Assembly (NCBI GenBank): GCA_951406725.2 | Contig: OX597827.1 | Coordinates: forward strand, 27,280,001 to 27,344,000 | Source: Octopus vulgaris | Lineage: Eukaryota | Direction of reading: 5' to 3' | Length of the DNA: 64,000 bases | Shown here: positions 1 to 14,852 of the stretch, one piece after another | Numbering within the stretch: position 1 is the stretch's first letter | Layout: the number at the start of each line of letters is the position of its first letter | Position numbers and translations under genes: made by a program | Notes under the pieces: generated by a model | What the model was told of the DNA's origin: nothing | The model's input: the letters and a program-made list of their open reading frames with translations, nothing else | Databases searched by the model: none

Positions 1-1375
1 ACTCAAGTGCAGGGATTGGCAAGGGTACCCCGCCACCTCAAGGATTAATATGGACTCCTGAGGCCACTGAATTATTAATAAATGAAATCTGGAAAAGGGT
101 GGGTGATGTAAGGCTAAAACTTACTAATTTCCTACCAAGCATTTGTGCAGTGTTGACTAGTATTTAAAGACAGATAATCGGCAGAATCTTTAGTGCGTCA
201 AACAAAATGCTTTGTGGCATTTCATCTGTCTACGTTCTGTGTTCAAATACTACTGAGACCGACTTTGCCTTTCATCTCTTCGGGGTCGATATAAAAAAGT
301 ACCAGTTGAACACTGATAATCGACTTAACCCCTTCCCTGAAAATGCTGGCCTTGTGACAACAATTTGAAATCAATATTAAGTCGCATTTGCCAGATTGCA
401 TACTTTACATGAAATACTCTGACGATTATCAACATAATATCACTAAATTTTTATTCTTCATAATTAATTTTGTTAAATATTTTCACGAAATTTCATTATT
501 TTTTTATTAAAAAGTGGCAGCTTGTGGTAAGTAGCTTGTTTACCAACCACATGGTTCCGGGTTCAATCCCATTGCGTGGCACCTTGGGCAAGTGTCTTCT
601 AGTAAAGCTCCGGGCCGATCAAAACCTTGTGAATGAATATGGTAGACGGAAACTGAAAGAAGCTTATCGTATATATATGTGTGTGTGTGTGTGTGTTTTT
701 GTAACTGACAACCAATGCTGGAGTGTTTACGTCCCCGTAACTTAGCAGTTCGGCAAAAGTGACCGATAGAATAATTACTAGGCTTGCAAAGAATCAGACC
801 TGGGGTCGATTTGTTCGACTAAAGGCGGTGCTCCTGCATGGCTGCAGTCAAATGCATGAAACAAGTAAAAGAATTAAGGAATTTTTGTTTTTAAACCAAA
901 ACATGTTTTATTTATTTTAGTTCAAATTTTGTTTTAAAAATTTTGACGATGTGGGGGTCGGTTAATAAATTTTTAATGGTTCCATGAAAGAGTAGGTGAT
1001 ATAAGAATTTTGTTGACCCCCTGCCCGAGCTTATTGCAGAGAAAGAACTCATCGAGTACTGTTCTTCTGATGTTGCCGTATTTTATTAAGAAACGTATCT
1101 GATTATCAACGTACTCGATTGGGGCTAATCATGGATTAAATAAGGTCAGTAGGAACAAAAGGGTTTAGGGAAAGTACGTCGAAAGTTTTTTTAGAATCTG
1201 ATGATTTTTCTCTGGTAAATAATATAATGATCTGAAAAGCTCCGTTCGGGTAACATTATACTTGCAAATGACCCTCTTCGTTTAAATGTGTGTATATTCA
1301 TATATAGGTATTGATGTGTATATATTTGTAGATGTGGGTAAATATATATATATATACTCTATACTATTTACTATT

Positions 1376-1450
1376 TATTACTTAATTGAACGCCACGCAT
1401 CCATTTCCAAGTATTACTTAATTGAACGCCACGCATCCATTTCCAAGTAT
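1376..1450. repeat. Perfect 36-bp tandem duplication
   Basis: TATTACTTAATTGAACGCCACGCATCCATTTCCAAG x2. Confidence 0.95.
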
Positions 1451-1900
1451 ATATATACACACGCACACACACACATATGTATATATATGTAAATATATGT
1501 ATGTATGTGAGTGTGTGTGTGAGTGTGAATATATATTTGTGTGTGTCTGAATATATATGTATTTATAAATGTGGATATTTACGTATGAACATATGTATGT
1601 GTGAATGAATATTATTTATACACACACACATATCCACTCACGTATATATATGTATATATATATATATGAATGCATGTATACGCATACACATAAACACACA
1701 TGTGTGTAAACAGTACACCTACACACACATACTCGTACACACACACGCGCGCGCGCGCAAACGTGTTTATATTGACCGAGTTGGAGAATAGTGTAGCTGG
1801 TTACCTCTCACTGAACAAATAGAGCAGACAGTGAGAAGAAAACCCTTTTGTGATGCTTTCCGTTTAGTAAACACAACGGTAGGGCCTAACACACACACAC

Positions 1901-1978
<78 letters not shown>

Positions 1979-2415
1979 GTGTGTGTGTATATATAGAGTG
2001 TGTGTATGGCGGACAGACATCGATTAACTGTGATAGCAGCTGTGTAGTGTATTGTGTGTGTGTGCGCGCGCGCAGGTGAGAGAGAGAGAGGGAGAGTGAG
2101 AGGGGTGGAATATTTATTAAATAGAGCGAACACTAACGACTCGGTTTCAATTCTTTATTACGCCTTGCTTTCCTAACTCCAAATGTTCGTGCTTACAGCT
2201 CAGGATGTCTTAGACGCACCGTGTATTGGGTGTTTGAAGCAGCTGTGACTTGTTGAGTCTGTTTTTTCACTGTAATTAAAACGCTTTTGTAATTATCATG
2301 GCTGGTTTCACTGTTGATGCTGTTTAGGCCCGGCCCCTCCTGCCCTCCCCGAGTTAAGTCCTAAAATCTGTTCGAACAATCACCGTCTCTCTCTTCATCT
2401 CTCTGTCTCTCTCTG

Positions 2416-2450
<35 letters not shown>

Positions 2451-2656
2451 TACATAGACACACACACGCATGATCGAATGGTTAAACGAGCCCCCCCCCA
2501 CTATCGATCCTGGTGCGCGACACGTCGGGAAAGTGATTTTTAGTTACATGCATAGAGCAGAACCAAGCCTTACGTGCGAAACGGGCCAGACGGAAGCAGT
2601 GTAGAAAGCCTGCCGTGTAGACCAGCCATGGCCCGCCTTTTCCGAGAAATCTGTGC

Positions 2657-2690
<34 letters not shown>

Positions 2691-3442
2691 CAGAGGGACC
2701 ACTTTACTAAAATTTATGGTAATTTTTCGTAAGGCGTATGCTATTCAGAAAGTCTCACGGGCCGCAATTTGTCATAACTGTACTTAGAATTCAAAGGACC
2801 AAATCAAGCGGTTGCTACACACACACACACACACACATACTAGTGCGCGCGCTATGACCCTGATTCCATCTGGGATTGTGGCTTTCAGGGTATTTGTATG
2901 TATGCGTGTGTGTGTGTGTGTGTGTGTGTGTGAGCATATATGTGTGTATGTATGATTTTTCTTCGAGTTCTAAGTTCTTAAAGAGAATTTAAGTCGGTCG
3001 CTAACAAAATGACAAGACTTTTATGAGTTAAGAGAGTTCCCGGAGTTTGTAAATATGTTGTTGGGTTCTTGTGTTGGTTGAACTGTCGATGCAAGTGTAT
3101 ATATTTGTATGCATGCCATTTGCGCACCGATTCTACTAGCGAAGTAGTTAAGTTAGTTGATCGAACAATTGACTAGTCATTGTCGAAAGTGACGGAGATC
3201 CTCTTTGTTTCATTATATCACTCAGTGTATCGTTCCTTTTTGCGAGACATTTAGGACTGAGGTGCAATTTGATTGAGATATATCTGCTATATTTAGCAGA
3301 GACCACTGAATGGTAACATTCTTCATTGTCTTATCTTGCTTTTGCTGGTTTCCATGACAACAGACAATTCCGACCGATGATATGTTGGCTACGGACGTTT
3401 TTGACTGGCTAAAAATGCCTAACTGTAACTACTTGTAATTTC

Positions 3443-3639
3443 TTTACTCTTTTACTTATTTCAGTCATTTGACTGCGGCCATGCTGGAGCACCGCCTTTA
3501 GTCGAGCAAATCGACCACAGGACTTATTCTTTGTAAGCCTAGTACTCATTCTATCGGTCTCTTTTGCCGAACCGCTTAGTTACGGAGACGTAAACACACC
3601 AGCATCGGTTGGTAAGCGATGTTGGGGGGACAAACACAA

Positions 3640-3685
<46 letters not shown>

Positions 3686-3828
3686 ACTTCCGTCTACCAA
3701 ATCCACTCACAAGGCTTTGGTCGGCCCGAGGCTATAGTAGAAGATACTTGCCCAAGGTGCCACGCAGTGGGACTGAGCCCGGAACCATGTGGTTCGTAAG
3801 CAAGCTACTTACCACGCAGCCACTCCTA
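3443..3828 (-). mobile_element. SINE family A copy
   Basis: Reverse complement of family A with CpGs retained. Confidence 0.88.
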
Positions 3829-5374
3829 TATTAATTTCTAGAAATAATGAATGCGATTTTCGTCATGGACATGCAAAAACTATACCAGAACCACATTTAA
3901 AAGTCAAAATAATCTGATGATAATTTGAGAAACTTCAGAATTTCAGAAGATCCGCGACTCGTGCGGCCTTTTAAAGGAATCCCTCTGTCGTTGCTTCGTT
4001 TTAATGCGATTTGTGACTTTCACCATAAAGCTCTTTTAATTCATCCTTTGAACAATTAGAAAAAGAAAAATCAGGTTAGATTTTTATATAAAGAGAAAAG
4101 ACTTGTAGCTTGCATCCTTTCAAAAGATATAAGCCTGATGTCTGAATGCGATTTACACGTGTACAGGCCATTAACCTCGTTTCTCTTCTCCCTCTCTCAC
4201 ATACACACGCCTGCGTGCACGCACACCTCACTCTCTCCAGATAGAAGTCCTTGGGACATTAGCTTTGCTTTCTTTTATTTCGTTCTGTATTTTAGGGGGT
4301 TTTCTTTTAGATTTTAATACACTAATACAGAAAGATTATGTGTACTAATTGCGTGGATAATTTCAATCCAGTTTGCTATGTATAACATATATCTGAGTTG
4401 ACCTTACCGCATTTGCATTGGGAACATTTGGATATTCGTCGAAGCATCGTCAGTTATCACATTCCCTTTATATGTTTGTATTTATACACACACTCAGATA
4501 TATACATATATACATAACATACAAGCATACACATACACACATAGACATATCGATGTCCCATAATGTATTGCGTTAAATGCTTTGCGGCTGCGTTATTTCC
4601 TCCAGGGAAGGTCCTTTTAATGCAGTAGTGTGTTGAAAAAACACAGCATACTTCTATGAAAGGCGAAACAAATCTCTCCGGACGCGAACGACAAGGACAG
4701 ATATGTGTATTTCGCACTTATTTCTGGTCATCGATGTTATTAATTCGAATTAATCTCGAGGTCGAATCGATGATAATGTTTACATTACAGGACCGCTCCT
4801 AAGTAAAAATTTAAATTATACATACATACATACATCTGTTGTGTTTTCTCTTTTGTGTTTTCATGTCTGGATTAACTATATATATATATATAAATGTGTG
4901 TGTGTCTGTGTTTGTCCCCCCAACATCGCTTGACAACCGATGCTGGTGTGTTTACGTCACCGTAACGTAGCGGTTCGGCAAAAGATACCGAAAGAATAAG
5001 TACTACGCTTACAAAGAATAAGTCCTGGGGTCGATTTGCTCGACTAAAGGCGGTGCTCCAGCATGGCCGCAGTCAAATGACTGAAACAAATAAAAGAGTA
5101 TACATACATACAGACAGACAATTTGATTATACGTCGAGTTGCAATATAAACAATTTTACATTGAACTGCAGGGGATTACTGAAGACGTTTCTAGAGTCGA
5201 GTCCCTATTCATTATTCTTTAACAAGAATCGTGTTGACAGTCACGTCGGAGTTTCAATCTTGACTGAGTTGTTAAGAGCGGCGAATAGATTGCTCTGAGG
5301 AAATCGTTCTAGCTCTCTGTATTCTGGGTTCAGATCCCGCTCTGGTCAACTTTGCTTTTCTTCAATTCAGCGTC

Positions 5375-5623
5375 GTGACTGCCCCGTAAGGGAATTACAC
5401 CACCGCCATTTAGCCCTAGGAAACATCTGTCGGCTTTGACACATTTTCTGTGTCCTTATATTTGCAAAGGGGAGGCAATCACCCCCGCTAGTCCCAGCTG
5501 GCGGGGGTGATTGCCTCCCCTTTGCAAATATAAGGACACAGAAAATGTGTCAAAGCCGACAGGAGACGTCGATGTTTCCTAGGGCTAAATGGCAGTGGTG
5601 TAATTCCCTTACGGGACTGTCTC
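5375..5623. repeat. ~120-bp-arm palindrome related to the 38.5 kb and 19.4 kb elements
   Basis: Arms around loop TCCCAG (5492-5497); 9-bp deletion in left arm; shares CTCCCYTT..ATAAGGACAC..GACGTCGATGTT..GGGCTAAAT. Confidence 0.88.
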
Positions 5624-6663
5624 ATTGAGTTGACAGTATACGACCACTATATCGCCCCACCACCGCTTATGTCTCTCTGAGACATTCAGAAATTCAATAT
5701 TTCTAATATTAATTTTGTATTAACAAGAAATTATTCATCCACCAATGCTGTATTGATCATTTATTACAAAACTAACAAAACCTTTAAGGGTTTGAGTTTC
5801 ACAGTCGTCGAAGACCTCGCCCCACCGTACTTTAAATCCATGTTGTGAACTAGAGAGAGAAAGGGAATGAAGTTTGGATTTGTGGTGTAAGGGATTGGGA
5901 TTAAATATTCTCTTTGGACGTTTTTGGTGTACAAATATAAGTAGGCATAGGAATGGCTGTGTGGTAAGTAGCTTGCTTACGAACCACAAGGTTCCGGGTT
6001 CAGTCCCACTGCGTGGCACCTTGGTCAAGTGTCTTCTACTATAGCCTCGGACCGACCGAAGCCTTATGAGTGGATTTGGTGTGTATATATGTATATATGT
6101 GTGTGTTTGTGCTTTTCCCTCCCAATATCGCTTGACAACCGATGCTGGTGTGTTTGCGTTCCTGTAACTTAGTGGTTCGGCATAAGAATAAGTCCTGGGG
6201 TCGGTTTACTCGACTATAAAGGCGGTGCTCCAGCTTGGCCGCAGTCAAACGACTGAAACAAGTAAAAGAGATTAAAAGAGTGCGGGTGATTGGTGTATCT
6301 CTACGATATTACTTGTCTCAGGGTGGGGATTTTGCTGGGGTAGGCTTTACGATTGTTGTAATTTTGCCGAGTCGTAGCAGTATGGCTGAATGATTTAAAA
6401 GTTCGTTTCACAGCCCGGAGGTCTCAAGTTCGATTTCGCTTCGTGGCATTTTAGATAAAATGTCATTTTCTTTAGCCTCTGGTCGGCTCATTCCTGGTGA
6501 AGGAAATCAGAAAGGCGGATACTGTACAGAAGCCTGCCAGATGGATTGCACCTGTAATTCGAACGTTACAATCTTATTACCACAAACACACACACGCGCG
6601 CTCGCACACACACATGTACAAACACTCACACAAACACTGATTCTCCTTGAGAATTACGTTAAG

Positions 6664-6816
6664 GTAATCATAGGCAAACTGCGGCCCGTGGGATTTCTGA
6701 ATGGCACACCTAACGAAAAAATGTCTTGATTTTTTATCTTTTTAGTAGTGCGGCCAGCCTGCCGATGAGCCACGTCTTATGCGGCCCACTTCTCGAAAAA
6801 AGGTTTCCCATGCCTG
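6664..6816. mobile_element. Degenerate hAT-type MITE
   Basis: CATAGGCAAACTGCGGCCC...GCGGCCC...GTTTCCCATGCCTG. Confidence 0.5.
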
Positions 6817-7335
6817 CGTTAACGGCTTCCAGTCTCTAGAATATTCAGCCACGTAACACGTTAATTCAAGGGCAGGTAAAGTCACTCGATCAAACAATTC
6901 AATCTTCGTAGTCGAACGACGGAGACCCACTATTAATTTTGCCCAATTTCCAGGTTCTCTGTTTGCACTAATAAATTGTACTTGTTAGCAAGTGCACGTG
7001 AAACATTTAAGTTTATTTCTCTGGTTTACTATGGCAAACGGATACGGACGAAAGACCGTGTACCCTCACGCCTCGCCGGTACGGGTTTCTGGAATAATAA
7101 TTATATACATACACAGTTTTTGTTGTTTCTTGTAGCGCCAAGGTCGTTACAAATTCTTCTAAGACAAGGGAATTGGTTAGGAGTGCTGTGACTAACATTC
7201 TTGTTTTTCTTCCGTTAAAAGTACATTAGCGATTGTGTACAGTTATTTCATTCGCTCTTAATCACACCAGTGCGTTTTATAAGAATCTGATTGCTTATTT
7301 TGATCGATTTACGAATTGATTAAAATAAAGAGAAT

Positions 7336-7415
<80 letters not shown>

Positions 7416-7588
7416 GAGAGGGAGGTATGTGTGCTTGTGGCCTCAGAAGGATGAAATGCAGGGATATGTATGTATGTACGTATGTATGTATGTATGTATG
7501 TATGTATGTATGTACGTACGTGCGTAGTTATTTTTTAATCGGCAGAAAGTTGCAAAAGTGATTGTGGTACCCATTAAACTGACTGTAA

Positions 7589-7807
7589 AGGCGCGTGGTT
7601 TAGTTGTTAGGGCATTCGGCTCTGAGACCGTAAGGTCGTGAGTTCATTTCCCGTCTGCGCGTTGTGTCCTCGGGCAAGACATTTCATTTCACGTCTCTCC
7701 ACGCCACTCAGCTGGCAAAAGTGAGTCGTACGTGTTATTCAAAGGGCCGGCCTTGTCACATTCTGTATCACACTGAATCTCCCTGAGAACTATGTTAAGG
7801 GTACGCG

Positions 7808-7808
<1 letters not shown>
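7589..7808 (+). mobile_element. tRNA-derived SINE family C (also ~43480-43770- and ~56070-56405-)
   Basis: TGGTTTAGTTGTTAG A-box, GAGTTCATTTCCC B-box, TGTGTCCTCGGGCAAGACA CORE-like motif. Confidence 0.7.
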
Positions 7809-8477
<669 letters not shown>

Positions 8478-9861
8478 ATATGTGTGTGTTATGTGTCTAT
8501 CTATTCATCTATCGATCGATCTACAGACACACGTGCTTCCCAACCACATGTGTTCCCGGTTTAGTCCCACTGCGTGGCACTTTGGGCAAGTGTCTTCTAC
8601 TATAGCCTCAAGCCAGCCAAAGCCTTGTGAGTGGATTTGGTAGACGGAAACTGAAAAGAAGCCCGTCGTATATATATATGTATAAGCACATGTTTGTGTG
8701 TGTGTTTGCCCGTCCACCATCGCTTGACAACCGATGTTGGTGTGTTTACGTCCCCGTAACTTAGCAGTTCGGCATAAGTGACCGATACAATGAGTACCGG
8801 GTTTACAATGAACAAGTCGTGGTTTGCGGGTTCGATTTCTTCGAGTAAAAGGCGCTGCTCCAGCATGGCCGCATTCAAGTAATGACTGACACAAGTAAAA
8901 GAATAAACACACACACACACATAACCACATAACCCTCATTTCTAAAAGTTGTTGCGTCATCGTCACCCTGGTATATGGGTTCGCTCATTATTCACAATGC
9001 TAACTATACATATATATATTGCATATTATTGAATCATTACGAACTTCCTTATACACACACACACATCATAGTCGTAGATGAACTTCCGAAATGCTTGATT
9101 CTCCTTGATTGAAAACGAAACACTTCTCTCGACTTTTTCCTCTCCATTCACCACTTTTAACACGCTTCACCACACGTTAATTGAAACTGACTCTCCCTAT
9201 AACAACAAGGTGCTTGTCATCCGAAAAAAATGTCTTGTAGTTATCTGTGTGTGTGTGTGTGTGTTTCTTTAGCGATTTAAGTTCAACAACATAATTAAAG
9301 TTGGGTCGTTGACAGATGACAAAGATGTTTTTCTGTGAACGTATTGTGGTGTGTGTGTGTGTGTGTGTGTTTTCTCCGTTCAGAAAATTTCCGTGGATTA
9401 GTGGTCGGCGAGTGCGAGGTAGTGCGTTCGTGTATTAAATGTGAATAATGAATGTGTGTGTATATCTGAGTTTTTGTGTGCCTGTATATGTGTGTGTGTG
9501 TATTTTATGGCATCACTCTTGAAATGGGTGTGTCAGCCTTTTAATTCACCAATTTACTCAAAGAGCAGCCGTAAAAACTTTGAATGCGTATGTTGCGTGC
9601 ATACCTACATTATTTGTGTGTGTATATATATATTGTGTTTGTGTTTGTAAACATACGCTCAAAAACGTTTACATCCATATATGTAAAAATGTATGTTGTG
9701 TTGGTGTGTGTGTGTATATATATATACACACACACATACGTATGTTTGTTTGCATGTGTGTATATTTATGCGTGCGCGCATTTATATTGGCGGTGCCTTA
9801 GCATGGACTCAGTTTATGGACTGGAACGCAGAATAGAATGTGTGTGTGTGTGTATATGTGA

Positions 9862-9919
<58 letters not shown>

Positions 9920-10491
9920 ATGTATGTATGTGTGTGTGTATGCTGGATATGGATGTATATGTACATAGACATTTATATTTGTAGATGTGATACATACATA
10001 CATATGTGAGTGTGTGGATATTTGTTTGTGTGTGTATACTGGCATAAGTAAATATGGGTAAATTCTACCGAAATATCTACAAACCAGCACAATAATATTA
10101 TACATACGTTCTCACATGTATGCATGTACTTGTGTATATGTATGACTTTTACCACACACACCACGACCCAAGCTTAGAGGTATTCCATAAGCGACTGGTA
10201 GTTGTTGAAGTATGCTAAGTCTACTAGTCTCACCCATTATTTCTGGCTGATTGATAAACAGTACAGTACCCAGCACCCGTAGGGAAAGGGGTTAGCCCCC
10301 TCGACTTGCCTACTCTTTACATTAAGGTCACAATTTTAAGGGAGAACAAATGTTTTATCTAGGTTGCCATTCTTTTACACATCCATCCACTCATAGAAAA
10401 ATACATGTGTGTGTGTGTGTGTGTGTATGTATGTTTGTGTGTGCGGATGTGTGGATGTATGTTCTCAACGTGGTATGTTTAACCTACTTTG

Positions 10492-10530
<39 letters not shown>

Positions 10531-10746
10531 ATTCTTGTTTTTTAGTTGATTTCTTTCAGCCAATTTTGTGGTCATTTTTCAGCCACTTTTGTAGTGAAGT
10601 CCATGCTGGCATCATTGCAGGCATGCAGACACGTTTCAAATATGTGTGTGTGTGAATGTACATTTGTATGAACATATATACAAACATATAGATGAATGGA
10701 AACACAGACATATAGTTAAATCGATAGCTAGATAGACATACGGATG

Positions 10747-10780
<34 letters not shown>

Positions 10781-11664
10781 TAGATAAAAAGATAGATAGA
10801 CAGATGGATGGATAGATAGATAGACAGGAAGAGAGATAGGTTGATATGTTTGTATGCTGTGTAAATGGGCCATTGTGTGCATGGGAATGATGTACTCCAT
10901 CTTAAATGTATACACACACAAACACACGCACTCAAATTCATGCTACAAAAACATGTTTTATGTATGTATGTAAACTTGCATGTATGTATATGCATGTAAG
11001 CATCTATGTATGTATGTACGTACGTACATAGGTGTATATATATGTATGTGTGTGTATATGTATGTATATGTATATATGTGTCTTTATATCTATGTGTGTG
11101 TGTATATGTATGTATGTATGTCTTCCATCCATGTATGATAAGTGTTAGATACATTGTTTTAGGTGTCTATATAATACTGGTAAATATATATATACTTCTG
11201 TTTTAAGTGGCTGGATATAGATTTATATACACATCGCCATTTACATACATATATACAGGAAACTCCTCTGTGTGTGTATGTCCATATGTAGTTATCTATA
11301 TGTATACTATGATTACCTATATCCTATCTATCTATGTATATATATATATATATATATGCAAACACATACATGGATAAAGATCCGATATATATTTCTGTAC
11401 GTAAAAAGCTATGAGGACCTTAATTCTATCTCAGACACAAACTTGCTCACATAATGAATTAGTACCTGTTCCACCCTGTTGCTCCACCTAAGACCGTTGC
11501 CAAAACAGATTTCTGTGAATGCTTACCCTTAGCACCACCACCACCACCTCCATCACTTTGCACCATCACCACATGACATCAGCTGCCTTCCGAACTTGTG
11601 TTAATTCCTCGATGTTTAAGTGTACTACTCTATACCATATGCATACTTGCACACTATATACATA

Positions 11665-11728
<64 letters not shown>

Positions 11729-12231
11729 GTTGTTGTTGTTGTTGTAATTATCATTAGCACGCTGGGCGAAGTGCTAAGTGGTATTTCACCCATCGCTACA
11801 TTCTGAGTTCAAATTCTGCTGAGGTTGACTTTGCCTTTCATCCTTTTGGGGTCGATTAAATAAGTACCAGTTATGCACTGGACTTGATGTAATTGACTTA
11901 ATCTCCTGCCCCAAGCTGCCCTTGTGGCAAAATGTGAAGCCATTTTTGTTTTTACATTATAATTAGTCTATAATTAATTTTGCAGTAATTTATTTACAAC
12001 AGAAAAACACTTTTGCAAATGTTTGAGTCAACTTTTCCTTAATTTTCTTATGTGTGTTTGTCTGTGTTTATTGCCTCATGCTAGGAGGGACTCTTAAAGT
12101 CATGACTACCATAATAAACATATTTAAAGGGAATAATCAATAAATTATTCCCTTATGATGTTTTTCACGCTATCTACTTGATAAATTCTTATAAAGATTT
12201 TATCCTATTTTAAAATTATATATATATACAT

Positions 12232-12297
<66 letters not shown>

Positions 12298-12354
12298 ATA
12301 TATATATGTATATATATATATGTATATAAACATATATATATGTATATATATATA

Positions 12355-12389
<35 letters not shown>

Positions 12390-12406
12390 GTATATGTATA
12401 TATATA

Positions 12407-12972
12407 AATCTATAAATAAGGATAATATCGATATTATCAAGTGGCCAGCATGGGAAAAAATACCATACAAAGGTAATAATTTTTTACAACTAAAAATAAG
12501 GGTGTCTGAGAGACACCACCGTGCCGAAATAGCAGTCAAATCCCTGACTCTAAGAACCACCTTAAATGTTCATATCACACCATGAGATAAGATAAAGGGA
12601 CAAAATAAACTAGCAAAAAGATATTACTGAATAATATTACTGTTTGGCGGGCAATTTGAACTGGCCTTGTACATACGTGCATATATACGTATGTATGGAC
12701 GTTCGTATATGTAAGTATAACGTTTGTTCTGTATATATATATTTGTATTTATGTGCCCATCTGATATATTCAACTGATGAAGGCAGTGCTTATTTGAAGC
12801 AAAACTAGAAATCCAGGATCTTGAATTATTCAGTAATATCTTTTTGCTAGTCTATTTTGTCCCTCTATCTTATCTCATGGTGCGATATGAATATTTAAGG
12901 TGGTTCTTAGAGTCAGGGATTTGACTGCTATTTCGGCATGGTGGTGTCTCTCAGACACCCTTATTTTTAGTT
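12407..12972. mobile_element. Fold-back hammerhead element in (TA)n
   Basis: Inverted arms 12488-12635/12825-12972 with a hammerhead in the spacer. Confidence 0.85.
12761..12833 (+). ncRNA. Type I hammerhead ribozyme (predicted)
   Basis: ATTCAA-CTGATGA(12774)-irregular stem II-GAAA(12808)-TCCAGGA-TC^TTGAAT; distal CTGA/TCAG pairing. Confidence 0.8.
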
Positions 12973-12994
12973 ATATATATATATAAATATAAAC

Positions 12995-13044
<50 letters not shown>

Positions 13045-13045
<1 letters not shown>

Positions 13046-13256
13046 CTTGATTTCGAAACGTACGTCCGTGGATAACTAAAAAAATGTATGATAGATTGCA
13101 GTCAATTCATTCTCTCTTACCTGTTTGTGTCTGCCTTCCAAATGCTGTTTTTACTGAGATCTCCCTTTTTAGTAGAAGAAATAGCTATAACCCTTTGACT
13201 GCTATTTCTAAATTCGGTATGTGGTAAGGCAACTCGTTGCTAAACCCTTATTGCTT
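13045..13256 (+). mobile_element. Truncated TA-inserted element beginning with the 3' half of a hammerhead
   Basis: CGAAA-CGTACG-TC at 13054-13066; unique 210 bp between (TA)n tracts. Confidence 0.6.
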
Positions 13257-13311
13257 ATATATATATATATATATATAATATGTATATATATATATATATA
13301 TAAATATAAAC

Positions 13312-13394
<83 letters not shown>

Positions 13395-14778
13395 TTATAT
13401 ACTTATGTATATATAATACACATATATATACTTATATATATAATGTGGAATGACTCTATTATTATAGTTGGTTCCAGTCTCACCAAATTTGGTACATGGG
13501 AAAGTAATATTGATGTTGTGTGCATGTATACATACATACTTATACACACACATATATATGTATATTTTATATATATATATGTATATATATGTGTGTGTGT
13601 GTGTGTGTGTATATATATTTATACATACACACACATACATATATATTTCCACATGAGCATGTATGTCTTTACAGATGTGCATATATGCAAACATGTATGT
13701 GTACATATGTGTGTGTATGTGTGTGTACACATGTAAATATAATATATATAGAGTCACTGAAACAAAACACCAAACTAATTAATACACTTACTCTGGGCTG
13801 AACCAATTCCTTTTCCAACTTCTGCCTCTAACCTTACAAATCCTTCCACCCCCTCCACTTCTCCATCCTCTCCACCCTCCTTACCATCTCCCTCTACCCA
13901 CCACTTTTTTACTCCCCTCTCTCTAACCACACACTTCTTTTGCCCATTCCTCACCTCACACTACTCCTCTTGCCACTCTCATATACACCTTACCTCTTAC
14001 CATATCTCTCACCACCCCCATCACCTTTTTTCCACAGACACACATCCATCTATTCCATTTCTGTCCGCAAATTCCCCATCTTCATCCCTGGGTAAATTCT
14101 AGGTCCTACCCCCTCTTTTGGCCACACATTCTCCCACCACCACTACCACCTTGTCATCTTATATTTGCCTCTAGTTCAACATTTGCCGGCCAACACACAT
14201 TGCTTCTTCTGTCTCACTTCTCCCATCTCGTTCTTGTAAAACGAACTGACTTGAGGTTAAAATGAAGGACACATGCTAAATAAATAGACTTGTGGTGCGC
14301 GCGTGTGTGTTAGGTTTTGTATATTTTATGTCATTCATTTGTCCTGCCCTGCGCTGTTTTGTTTGCCTGCCTGCCCTCACTCTTACATTTATATTATTCA
14401 TTCTCAACCACTCCTATGAAGGTCTGTCGGCAACGATGCTTGACAAAATGGCTGGAAATAATCGGGCACATTCCTTTACATTGTGAGCCTGGTTCTTGCA
14501 GAGTCAGTCCTTCAGGAAATGGATGAGAACTGTGTGTGTATTTATTTACGTACGTACATTTGTGTGCGTGTGTATGTTTTATATATATGCATATATATAT
14601 ATATATATAGTTATATATATATATATATATATAGGCACATATATATATATACATATATAGGCATATATATATATATATATATATATTGATAAAACGGTAA
14701 GATAACAAAAGAAAGAAAGAGACCTCAATATTATGTAAATAGAGGAAATTTATCTATGCAATATGTTACATTACTCGG

Positions 14779-14852
14779 TAGTCAAGATAAAACTCTGAGT
14801 TTCAGATGCCGAAGTGGAAATCCACAACACCATCTCTTCGGTTATCTGGCTA
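14779..14852 (-). ncRNA. Type I hammerhead ribozyme of P1 (predicted)
   Basis: Reverse complement of 15969-16042. Confidence 0.75.

Noticed and set aside
1376-1450. 36-bp repeat as CRISPR-like
   Set aside because: Two adjacent copies with no spacer, in a eukaryotic context; simple duplication.
13755-14570. Possible old PLE 3' end (KLINTLT.GLN-like), similarly 56480-57290 minus
   Set aside because: Similarity too short and frameshifted to call.
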